Below are positions 1 through 8,293 of a stretch of DNA of 64,000 nt, one piece after another; position 1 is the stretch's first letter, and each line of letters begins with the position of its first letter. Where the stretch lies: assembly GCA_964569795.1 (NCBI GenBank), contig CAZMVB010000005.1:107092-171091 (forward strand). Direction: 5' to 3'. The position numbers were made by a program, and so were the translations under genes. Below the pieces are notes generated by a model that was not told where the DNA came from, ran no database searches, and saw only the letters and a list, made by a program, of their open reading frames with translations. This DNA is from an uncultured Desulfarculales bacterium. GTDB lineage: Bacteria; Desulfobacterota; Desulfarculia; Desulfarculales; JAHJDS01.

Positions 1-2
1 GC

Positions 3-296
3 CTGGCCGGGCCGATGGCGACCGGTCCGGCCGTTGTCAAGGCGGCGGCCGCGACGGACAATGGCGTCCGGGTTTGCCGGCTTGTCTGCCGGCCCATATG
101 TCACTGGGTCGTAATGCAGCGGCGCTGCCGACCGGGGATGCTCTGCCGCTTCAAGAGCCACGTCTTTTGCCGTTGTTATGTTCGGCCCAGGGGTTGCGCC
201 AAGCGATGCCGGTCAAGGCCCGTTGTCGCGCGCTGTTCCCGGGTGGGCTGGTGCCGGGTCAGGGTCAGGTTCTGCCGGTGCGGGTATCCCCGGTGA
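3..296 (+). CDS. Cys/Arg-rich small protein, 5' end cut by window edge (possible family member CARP-F)
   Basis: The ORF is open to the window start. About 75 aa contain 13 Cys and many Arg. Motifs RVCR.VCR and ICHWV resemble the paralogs at 9995-16779. Third codon positions are GC-rich and a hairpin terminator lies 50 nt downstream. It could still be a spurious high-GC ORF. Confidence 0.4.
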   Translation: MAGPMATGPAVVKAAAATDNGVRVCRLVCRPICHWVVMQRRCRPGMLCRFKSHVFCRCYVRPRGCAKRCRSRPVVARCSRVGWCRVRVRFCRCGYPR

Positions 297-346
297 CCCG
301 GGGGCCCGGCTGGTCGCAGCGCCGCCGGCCAGGCAGAGGCATGAAT

Positions 347-379
347 AAAGGGTGGGGTTCGCCCCACCCTTTTATATTT
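347..379. terminator. Rho-independent terminator, probably bidirectional
   Basis: Stem-loop GGGTGGGG-TTCG-CCCCACCC with AAA on the left and TTTTATATTT on the right. It sits between the convergent ORFs 3-296(+) and 456-869(-). Confidence 0.6.
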
Positions 380-455
380 CGTCCGGATCGCTAGGAGGGC
401 CCGCCCCGGGCCGGCTCGAGTCGCCAGCCGCTAATGATGGGCGCTCCGGTTCGCC

Positions 456-869
456 TCAGTTGACAAAGGTATTCTTGACCCGGGTCGATTTCACGAAATA
501 ACCGATCCACAGACAGCTCAAGACCAAATTCACGATCTCGCCACCCTGCACCCGCTGGACCATGATGATCGTGATGATGTTGATCACGATCCCGATGGCC
601 AGCAGGACGACGATCAGCTTCGGCGCCCATTTCTTCTTGAGGAAGATGACGATCAGTTCCAGCACGATCAGGGCCAGGCCGATGATCATCAAGACCGTCA
701 GGGTGGAAATGAACTTGGCCAACTCCGGCGCCCGTTGGCCCAGGGCGCCAATTCCGACCAGAATGACAATCGAAAAGATCAATCCGACAAAGGCCAGGAT
801 GACGTAAACCAGTAACCAGCCGCCGATGCCCTTCAGTTCCCTGGTCTCCGGCGCCGCCTGCTCGTTCAT
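456..869 (-). CDS. Small 4-helix membrane protein, DUF2569/YdgK-like
   Basis: 137 aa with a G-rich SD 5 nt before the ATG and four hydrophobic helices. The GIGGWLL motif and the C-terminal YF.KS.RV.NTFV are shared with the paralog at 13510-13959. The family name is from memory and unverified. Confidence 0.75.
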   Translation of the reverse strand: MNEQAAPETRELKGIGGWLLVYVILAFVGLIFSIVILVGIGALGQRAPELAKFISTLTVLMIIGLALIVLELIVIFLKKKWAPKLIVVLLAIGIVINIITIIMVQRVQGGEIVNLVLSCLWIGYFVKSTRVKNTFVN

Positions 870-920
870 TTAGTCCCCCCTGTTGAATAATGCTTCTGTC
901 TCAAAGAATATTAATTTGTG

Positions 921-948
921 ATTATAACATTACTATGCAATAACTCAA
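921..948 (-). promoter_or_regulatory. Candidate sigma70 promoter for 456-869
   Basis: TTGAGT-N16-TATAAT read on the minus strand, in an AT-rich spacer about 50 nt upstream of the start at 869. Confidence 0.4.
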
Positions 949-1033
949 GCGTTTTCTCGGCGTAGATCCGCCATCCGGGCGCGCATTCTGCCGGAAGAAG
1001 CGCGGTCCAGGGCGGCCGGCCCGTGGCGCTGAC

Positions 1034-1348
1034 TCAACCGTAAAGTTCGCTCACCGCGGCCGTCACATCTTTTCTGACCGCGGCCATCCTGGGTCGCAGG
1101 ATCATCCAGAACAGCAGGCCCCCGGTCACCAGGACGCCCCAGGGCGACCCAAAGGTATCGCTGACCGCGATCAGCTTTTTCTTGTCATTGAGCCTGACCA
1201 GGGCGGCCACGTAGGGGCTCTTTTTTACCAGGACGCCCTTGCCCAGGCCCCACATCGGCCTGACGGTGTACTGGGGCAACCGTTCGGTCAGCCTGGCTTG
1301 AACCTGTTCGTAGGACGGAAAAAGACCGGGCACCGCCACTTTTTCCAT
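1034..1348 (-). CDS. Hypothetical small protein with a C-terminal hydrophobic helix
   Basis: 104 aa with SD AAGGAGGTG 6 nt before the ATG. No family recognised. Confidence 0.65.
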   Translation of the reverse strand: MEKVAVPGLFPSYEQVQARLTERLPQYTVRPMWGLGKGVLVKKSPYVAALVRLNDKKKLIAVSDTFGSPWGVLVTGGLLFWMILRPRMAAVRKDVTAAVSELYG

Positions 1349-1587
1349 GAGTCACACCTCCTTTGGCGGGTCAGCGATAAATCGAGCTCAGCCGCGTCGA
1401 ACCGGTTATTAAAATTCTTATCAGCAGCGTCACCACAGGGCAAGTCCCGATCACCTGGCAGCCGGAGTACCGTGCCGCTGCGCAACAATAGGCAGTTGAC
1501 CCCCGAATGATGAAACGATTAACATAACTTCTAAAAGGTACGGGGTATTTGACAAGGCGGATAATTATCGGGGGCCGGGAGGTGCTC

Positions 1588-2547
1588 ATGGGCAGGTCGG
1601 TTTTGATCGGTGCTGTTTGTTCACTGTTGATCGCGGCCGGGGCCCAGGCGGCCTCCCCGCCCAAGTCACCGGGACCGGTCAACGCCCTGTTCATCTACTG
1701 GCGCGGTGAGACCGACTGCGCCCGGGGGCTCAAGGCCGGATTGATCCAGCGGGGGATCAAGCTCCGCGCCATTTCATTCAACGCCGAGCGCAATAAAAGA
1801 CGTCTGGACGCATTTCTCAGAGGCCTCAGGCCCGCCAACTATAAATTCATCTACACCTTCGGGACCACGGTCAGCCTGGCGGTCAAGAAGCGAGTCCACA
1901 AAATTCCGATCGTCTTTGGGATCGTCTCGGCCCCGGTGCGGGCCGGCCTGATCAAGGCCTGGGGTCCGTCGGGCACGAACGTGGTCGGGATCAGCGCCAC
2001 CATGACCCTGGCCGACCACCTGGGGCTGATCTCCCGGCTGGGCCGATTCAAAAGGATCGGCTTCCTCCACAACCCCCTCGAAAAGAACTCGGTGATCGAG
2101 CTGGACGAACTGAAGAAGCTGCTCGCGGCCCGGGGCGTGAGCCTGGTCGTGGCCCGGGCCCGTAGCGACCGGGAGGTGCCCACTGCGGTGCGGCAATTGA
2201 TCCAGGCCCGGGTCGATCTGGTCTTTCTGCCGTCCGTGTCCCTGGTCATCGCCAACGCCCGGAAGATCGCGGCCGCCCTGACCGCCCGCCAGATCCCGAC
2301 CTATGGGGCCACGGTCGGCCTGGTCAGGGCCGGGGCCATGATCGGCCTGGGGGTGACCTACGGCCAGGTGGGCCGGCTCCTGGCGGCCAAGGTGGCATTG
2401 ATTCTGGCCGGAAAAAGTCCCGGTCATATCCCCTCCGAGCGGGTGAGCCCGAACCAGGCCACGATCTGGATCAACCCGGCCACCCTGAAAAAACTCGGTC
2501 GAACCCTGCCGGCATTTTTCAGGAAAAAGGCCGTACCCGTTCGCTGA
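1588..2547 (+). CDS. Periplasmic substrate-binding protein of an ABC transporter (ABC_sub_bind type)
   Basis: Signal peptide MGRSVLIGAVCSLLIAAGAQA and SD GGGAGGTG. Overall resemblance to the uncharacterised ABC substrate-binding family. The start was moved from the TTG at 1549 to the ATG at 1588. Confidence 0.7.
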   Translation: MGRSVLIGAVCSLLIAAGAQAASPPKSPGPVNALFIYWRGETDCARGLKAGLIQRGIKLRAISFNAERNKRRLDAFLRGLRPANYKFIYTFGTTVSLAVKKRVHKIPIVFGIVSAPVRAGLIKAWGPSGTNVVGISATMTLADHLGLISRLGRFKRIGFLHNPLEKNSVIELDELKKLLAARGVSLVVARARSDREVPTAVRQLIQARVDLVFLPSVSLVIANARKIAAALTARQIPTYGATVGLVRAGAMIGLGVTYGQVGRLLAAKVALILAGKSPGHIPSERVSPNQATIWINPATLKKLGRTLPAFFRKKAVPVR

Positions 2548-2567
2548 CCACCACGTAGGGGATATCC

Positions 2568-3224
2568 ATGATCAAGATCGTCGGATTGAGCGGCAGCCGG
2601 ATCAAAGAGGGCAACGTCGAGGCCTATTTGTCCGCCTCCCTGGACCACGCTGCGGAACAAAAAGATGTCGAGACCGAACTGATCACCCTGGCCGTTAAAA
2701 AGATCGAGCCCTGCCTCCACTGCAACTGGTGCCTCAAGAAGCAGACCGCCGAAAAATACTGCGCCCAGGACGATGACATGGCCGGGATCTATCCCAAGCT
2801 GCTCGCAGCGGACGGGATCGTTCTGGCCTCGCCGGCCCACTTCGGCCGCCTGTCCGGGACCATGGCCGACGTCCTGGATCGGACCCGGGCCTTTGTCCAC
2901 GGCAACGTCTATCGTTTTCCCCTCAAGAACAAGGTCGGCGGGGCCCTGGCCGTGACCTATTTCCGGGGGGCCGGCCTGGAGACCACCCTGTCCGGCCTGG
3001 ATGTCTTTTTCCTGTGCCACCAGATGATCCTGGCCGTGAGCGGCCTGTATCACCTCGGGGCCGGGGCCTATTCCACCCGTCATGGCCTGGGCCTGTTCGA
3101 GAAGGAGCCCCGGCAGATGACCCTGGAGGACAACTATGGCCTGGTCTCGGCCCGGGTCCTGATGGATCGGATGATCGAGCTGATTCGAGTAATCAAAGCC
3201 GGAGAACAGGCTTTGAAAGGCTGA
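2568..3224 (+). CDS. Iron-sulfur flavoprotein / NADPH-dependent FMN reductase family
   Basis: Flavodoxin-like N-terminus MIKIVGLSGSR. The compact Cys motif CLHCNWC-x9-C is typical of Isf-type proteins. Confidence 0.7.
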   Translation: MIKIVGLSGSRIKEGNVEAYLSASLDHAAEQKDVETELITLAVKKIEPCLHCNWCLKKQTAEKYCAQDDDMAGIYPKLLAADGIVLASPAHFGRLSGTMADVLDRTRAFVHGNVYRFPLKNKVGGALAVTYFRGAGLETTLSGLDVFFLCHQMILAVSGLYHLGAGAYSTRHGLGLFEKEPRQMTLEDNYGLVSARVLMDRMIELIRVIKAGEQALKG

Positions 3225-3366
3225 AGGTCCAGATTGTGACTCGCCAGTTGATTTATAAAAAGGCGGACGGCGGGCATGACTATAATCGTGATACCGGTAC
3301 GCCTGGGCCATGCTAAAATTTTACTTGGTAAGGCTGACTGAACCTTTCATTTCACGGAGGGATGTG

Positions 3367-3924
3367 ATGAGACGGTTTTCAGTGGCTTTAGGCGTTGTGG
3401 CCGTAGGTTTGTTCATTTGCCTGCCTGCGGCCCGGGCGGCCCTGGACCCCATCCTGGCCGCGATCCGGTCCGGTGATCTGAAAGCGGTGGAGGCCAGGCT
3501 GGCGGCCGCACCGAAGTCGGTCATGGCCAAGGACTTCACCGGCCACACCGCCCTGCACTACGCCGCCAATTCCGGACGCGCCCGGATCGCCGCGCTCCTT
3601 TTGGCCAAGGGGGCCGACCCCAACGCCCTGAACATCGAGGGACGCTCGCCGCTGCATTTGGCGGCCATGCGCTGTTTTCTAGAGGTGGCAAAGGTCCTGA
3701 TCGCCAAGGGGGCCAAGATCAATCTGCGGGGTACGATGTTCGGCTCCACGCCGCTGCACGTGGCCGCCGGGTTCGGGTGTGTGAAGGTGATCGCCCTGCT
3801 CCTGGACAAGGGGGCCAAGACGGACGTGAAGGACAAGCAGGGCCTGACGCCCCTGGGCGTGGCCCAAAAGGACAAGATGAAGGCCGTGGTGGAGCTATTC
3901 AAGAAGCGCGGCGTGACCAGGTAG
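3367..3924 (+). CDS. Secreted ankyrin-repeat protein
   Basis: Signal peptide MRRFSVALGVVAVGLFICLPAARA and SD GGAGGG. Repeated ankyrin cores GHTALHYAA, GRSPLHLAA and GSTPLHVAA. Confidence 0.85.
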   Translation: MRRFSVALGVVAVGLFICLPAARAALDPILAAIRSGDLKAVEARLAAAPKSVMAKDFTGHTALHYAANSGRARIAALLLAKGADPNALNIEGRSPLHLAAMRCFLEVAKVLIAKGAKINLRGTMFGSTPLHVAAGFGCVKVIALLLDKGAKTDVKDKQGLTPLGVAQKDKMKAVVELFKKRGVTR

Positions 3925-3945
3925 CTTTTTTTTGATGGTCTGATC

Positions 3946-3995
3946 GGCCGCCGGAGGACGGTACGAAAATTCCAGCGCCGGCGGCCTGCTTTTTC
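3946..3995 (+). terminator. Candidate terminator after the ankyrin gene
   Basis: GGCCGCCGG...CCGGCGGCC stem with a large 23-nt loop, followed by TGCTTTTT. Confidence 0.4.
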
Positions 3996-4093
3996 GGGCG
4001 GGTCCCAATGGGCCGGATGATCGACTGATCCAGCTGATCGAGGCCGGCCAGGAGGACCTTCGAAGGTGAGTCTCACCAGAGGTCATTGAGACA

Positions 4094-5365
4094 GTGTTAC
4101 AAGAAGACCAAACTGCTGAACTTCTATTATGGTGCGAACAGGAATTGGGCGTAGAGCTACGCCAAATAAGAGGGAATTTGACAAAAGCATTAACACGGGC
4201 TTCAGCTGTCTGGGAACTATTAGTAATTGAAGAGGCTTCTAGGCTTGGAAAGGTGCAATATGAGCCGGACGCTGAAGGCAGCCCGGATCTATTTATTGAA
4301 TTCCCTAATGGGCGTCCCGTTTGGATCGAAATTAAATATCTGGCTAGGCGTTATGTCAAAGAAGAACAACAGACGCAAGAGGTTGCTAATTGGATATTTA
4401 ATGAGGCCAAGCGGCTTGGCGTACCACCTGAATCGGTCAAGCCGCGTTTCGGTCGTTTTGTTAGTGACAAAGGAAAATCAATTAGGATTTTACCGCAAAT
4501 TAATATGAGGAAGTTTTTCCTAAACGACCCAGAATTGCGCTACTTTTTCCGTAGGATAAAAATGTTTCCACATCACAATTTTTCTTGCGACCTTACTGAT
4601 TATACCATTTCGATTGATTATTGGCCTAAATTTCCATCATCAGGATATACTAGTTGGTCTGAATTACCTCTTGAACAACCAGCAATAGCCAAAGAGAATG
4701 CCATTTATAGGGCCTTGAGAGAAAAGGGTAAACAACACAAAGTCGAGGCTCCCCATGTAATATGCATTGGAAGCGATCAAAGCCCTGCATTAAATAGAAA
4801 AATTTATCAGGGTAATCTTGCTATTGAAAGAGCAATCGAATATGCTTTCAAAGATTATAGCTCCATTTCAGCCGCCATTATTGTCTTCATCGAATCAAAT
4901 ATTGATATTTTTGGCCAGGAAGAAGAGCGGAAGGCAGAGTTGAAAATATTTGAAAATCCAAGTGCAACACACCCACTTGAGGCTTCACAATTACATTTAT
5001 TAACAACAATGAACTTTAATAGACGGAAGTATACATCTACGCTGCCAAATAATGAGACTAACGACTTGGAACGTTTTCTGCGTGTATCAGGGTGCTTAAC
5101 TTGGAGGTCAACGGAAATGAGTGAATTTGTTGAAATCCCTTCTAACACACTGATGAGGATTCTATCAGGGAAAACCAATTTATATGATTCATTTCGTATT
5201 CGACCTGGTGATTTTCGAAGAATACCCTTTGAAAATGGATGGGCCATTCGGAGTGTTTCTATGAAAGAAGGAAATATTGAAAAGGGGGAAGATTCAAAGG
5301 TCGTATTGGAACTCGTTTCACCAATATTTAATCCATACAGGCCGCACAAAAAAAGTAAAGGTTAG
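4094..5365 (+). CDS. Hypothetical protein with a possible PD-(D/E)xK nuclease core, in an AT-rich islet
   Basis: 423 aa ORF that is clearly AT-richer than its flanks. The N-terminal segment SPDLFIEFPNGRPVWIEIKY fits a D...ExK motif. The rest is unrecognised. Confidence 0.65.
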   Translation: MLQEDQTAELLLWCEQELGVELRQIRGNLTKALTRASAVWELLVIEEASRLGKVQYEPDAEGSPDLFIEFPNGRPVWIEIKYLARRYVKEEQQTQEVANWIFNEAKRLGVPPESVKPRFGRFVSDKGKSIRILPQINMRKFFLNDPELRYFFRRIKMFPHHNFSCDLTDYTISIDYWPKFPSSGYTSWSELPLEQPAIAKENAIYRALREKGKQHKVEAPHVICIGSDQSPALNRKIYQGNLAIERAIEYAFKDYSSISAAIIVFIESNIDIFGQEEERKAELKIFENPSATHPLEASQLHLLTTMNFNRRKYTSTLPNNETNDLERFLRVSGCLTWRSTEMSEFVEIPSNTLMRILSGKTNLYDSFRIRPGDFRRIPFENGWAIRSVSMKEGNIEKGEDSKVVLELVSPIFNPYRPHKKSKG

Positions 5366-5462
5366 GCAGACGTTACTGCTAAAACAGGCTGGCTGTTTTC
5401 TGATAAAGGGACTTCTTTCTGCTGGCAGCGAATTTGCCGAATGTAATAGAGGCTGTCGGCCC

Positions 5463-6026
5463 TCAACCCCGGGGCGCCTTCGGCCTGAGGACCACGGCCG
5501 GCCGGGTGCGCTCGGAATACCTGAAATCCAAAGACTCATGAACGGTCCCGTACCTGCCCTCCAGATCCGCCAGGGGACCGGCATCCAGGGCCCGGGTGGG
5601 ACAGGACTCGATGCAGGCCGGGAGTTTTCCTTGGGTCCAGAGGTCCAGGCAGAAGTCGCACTTGCCCATCTTGGCCCCCGGGGTGGGTCCGAACTGCGGG
5701 GCGTCATAGGGGCAGGCCTTGCGGCACTTCTCGTCGCAGGCCTCATTGCCCAGGCAGGCCTCCCGGTCCACGACCACGATCCCGTCCGCCTCGCGCTTGG
5801 AGATGGCCCCCACCGGACAGGCCTCAACGCAGATCGGCTTCAGGCACTGGAAGCAGGGCAGCACCAGGTAGCTGACAAAGACCTCTGGCACCTCTCCTTG
5901 TTCAGTGTAGGCGATCCGCATCCAGTTCTCCGGACCGGCCGGGATGTCATGACAATCCTTGCAGGCGACGCGGCAGGCGCTGCAGCCGGTGCACCGGGTC
6001 TGATCGAAATAGAAACCGACTTGCAT
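5463..6026 (-). CDS. 4x[4Fe-4S] ferredoxin subunit, DmsB/NrfC type
   Basis: Cys clusters CTGCSACRVAC, CFQCLKPICVEACP, CLGNEACDEKCRKACP and CDFC..CIESCP. The ATG at 6026 follows a G-rich SD, 14 nt after the catalytic subunit stop. Confidence 0.85.
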   Translation of the reverse strand: MQVGFYFDQTRCTGCSACRVACKDCHDIPAGPENWMRIAYTEQGEVPEVFVSYLVLPCFQCLKPICVEACPVGAISKREADGIVVVDREACLGNEACDEKCRKACPYDAPQFGPTPGAKMGKCDFCLDLWTQGKLPACIESCPTRALDAGPLADLEGRYGTVHESLDFRYSERTRPAVVLRPKAPRG

Positions 6027-6039
6027 GTCCACCCCCCCC

Positions 6040-8250
6040 TCAGGCCCGGGCCACTTGGACCAGGGCCGTGTTCAGGCAGGCCGCCCCGCCGCCGGAGTAC
6101 TCGTCCTTGGTTAGGGTGTTAGCGCATCCGCCCCGGTCGATCCCTGTCTCGTCCGGATCGTACCAGGCCCCCTCGAAGATGCAGACCACGCCGGGCATGA
6201 TCCGCTGGGTGACCCAGGCAGTGATCGCCACCCGGCCCCGATCGTTGAACACGTGGACCTCGTCGCCGGTCTTGATGCCGCGCGGCCCGGCGTCCATGGG
6301 GTTGATCCAGACCCGATGGGGCTCGACCTCCCGGAGCCACTCGACCTTGTACATCTCCGAGTGGACCCGGTTCCTGGGGTGCGGCGTCAGCAGTTGCAAG
6401 GGGTACTTGGCCGCCAGGGGGTCGTTCCGGTCCTCCCAGGTGGGCATGTACTTGGGGATGGGCGGGCACAGGGGGTTGTCCAGATCGGCCACCCGCTGCG
6501 AAAAGATCTCGATCTTGCCCGACGGCGTGTCAAAGGGGTGGTTGTCCGGATCCTGGATCTGCTTCCTGAAGGCGACGATGGGCTCATCCAGCTTGACCCG
6601 GTGGATCCCCTCGCGCCGGAACTTGTCAAAGTCAATGATCAGCGGCGCGGTCTCCGGGTTCTTGGTCACGAACTGGCGGAGGATGTCGTCCTCGGTAAAG
6701 GGATTGAAATCCTGGATGCCCAGCCGCTCGGCCAGCAGCCCGGCGATCTCCAGGTCGGACTTGCACTCGCCGATGGGCTCGATGGCTCGGTTGACAAAGG
6801 TGAAGTAGGGGCCCGAGGGCCAGGGCCGGGTCAGGTCGTTTCGTTCCATGGCGCTGGTCACGGGCAGCAGCAGGTCCGCGTATCGGGCCTGGGCGGTCAT
6901 GAACAGTTCATTGACCGCCAGGAAGTCGAGCTGTTTGAGGGCCCGGTCGGCCTTGTTGCTGTTGCCGGTCTGGTTGACGTAGTTGTTGCACATGGACCAG
7001 GCCATCTTGATGTCCGCCGGGTAGCCGCCCGCCCGCCCCTTCAAGATGGCGTCGAAGATCTTGTTGATGTGGATCCGCTTGACCACCCGCAGCCGGATGT
7101 CCAGGGTGCCCTTGACCCGCGGGCCGTCCAGCTCGACCGGGTTCTTGCCCGGCGGGATGGCCGACATCCTAAACATGTGGCCGATGGGGATGCCCATCAG
7201 TCCGCCGCCGGCCGAGCCGCCGGGGACGCCGACGTTGCCGGTCATGGCGCACAGGGTCATGGCGCAGCGGTTGTACTGCTCGCCCATGGCCGAGCGGGCC
7301 GGGCCCTGGCAGTCCATCAGGGCGGCCGGTTTGGTGGCGGCGTATTCCCGGGCCAGGGCCTGGATGGTCTCGGCCGGGACCCCGGTGATCGGGGCCGCCC
7401 AGGCCGGCGTCTTGGGCGTGCTGTCTTCGGCGCCCAGGACGTAATCCCGGAATCGGTCGAACCCGACAGTGTATCGGTCCAGGAAGGCCTGGTCGTGCAG
7501 GTCTTCGTCGATCATGACGTGGGCCATGGCCACCATCATCGCCGTGTCGGTCCCGGGGTAGATCGGGATCCACTGGTCGGCCAGCACGGCGGCCGTGTCG
7601 GTGTAGCGCGGCTCGACACAGATCATCCGGGTCCCGGCCTCCTTGGCCCGGATGAGGTGATACATGGTGTTGGTTCCGGAAATCATCCGGGCCGGGTCCC
7701 AGCCCCAGAGGATGGCCAGCTTCGAGTTGAGCAGGTCCTCCCGGCTGTGGCCGACCATGACCGACCCGTACTGGGTCAACGAGGCCCAGACCGCCCCCTC
7801 GGAAGAAATGTTGCCGTAGTGGGTGGTATAGCCGCCGAACTGGTTGAGCAGCCGGGCGGCGGCCAGGCCGCCCATGTGCAGGCTGGCCAGGTAGCCCCCG
7901 CCGGTCAGGAGCAGGATGGCGGCGTTGCCGTGGGTCTCCTTGACCTGTTTGAGCTTGCCGGCCAGGGTGTCCAGGGCCTCGTCCCAGGAAATCCGTTCGA
8001 ACCTGCCCTCCCCCTTGGCCCCGATCCGCTTTTGGGGGTATTTGAGGCGCTCGGGGTGATGCACGTACTGGCGCAGGGCCCGGCACCGGAGGCAGGTCCG
8101 GAGCTGGTCCGGCTCGGCGGCGTCGTCGCCCTCGACTCGAATGATGACGTTGTCCTTGACGTGGAGCCGCAAGGGACAGCGACCCCCGCAGTCAAAGGTG
8201 GAGGTCGTGCGGACGATCTTGACTGCCTGATCCGATCGTCGGCCGGTCAT
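6040..8250 (-). CDS. Molybdopterin oxidoreductase, DMSO reductase (DmsA/YnfE-like) catalytic subunit, no Tat leader
   Basis: Collinear resemblance to E. coli DmsA: FDCGGRCPLRLHV, RLKYPQKRIGAKGEGRFERISWDEA, C-terminal GGCANTLT. The start is set at ATG 8250 with SD AAGGAGG. The track extension to 8484 is R/P/S-rich and overlaps the upstream gene. Confidence 0.9.
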   Translation of the reverse strand: MTGRRSDQAVKIVRTTSTFDCGGRCPLRLHVKDNVIIRVEGDDAAEPDQLRTCLRCRALRQYVHHPERLKYPQKRIGAKGEGRFERISWDEALDTLAGKLKQVKETHGNAAILLLTGGGYLASLHMGGLAAARLLNQFGGYTTHYGNISSEGAVWASLTQYGSVMVGHSREDLLNSKLAILWGWDPARMISGTNTMYHLIRAKEAGTRMICVEPRYTDTAAVLADQWIPIYPGTDTAMMVAMAHVMIDEDLHDQAFLDRYTVGFDRFRDYVLGAEDSTPKTPAWAAPITGVPAETIQALAREYAATKPAALMDCQGPARSAMGEQYNRCAMTLCAMTGNVGVPGGSAGGGLMGIPIGHMFRMSAIPPGKNPVELDGPRVKGTLDIRLRVVKRIHINKIFDAILKGRAGGYPADIKMAWSMCNNYVNQTGNSNKADRALKQLDFLAVNELFMTAQARYADLLLPVTSAMERNDLTRPWPSGPYFTFVNRAIEPIGECKSDLEIAGLLAERLGIQDFNPFTEDDILRQFVTKNPETAPLIIDFDKFRREGIHRVKLDEPIVAFRKQIQDPDNHPFDTPSGKIEIFSQRVADLDNPLCPPIPKYMPTWEDRNDPLAAKYPLQLLTPHPRNRVHSEMYKVEWLREVEPHRVWINPMDAGPRGIKTGDEVHVFNDRGRVAITAWVTQRIMPGVVCIFEGAWYDPDETGIDRGGCANTLTKDEYSGGGAACLNTALVQVARA

Positions 8251-8293
8251 CTCTGCCTCCTTATGTGGGTTCGGGTCGTGCGCCGCCTGCCCC

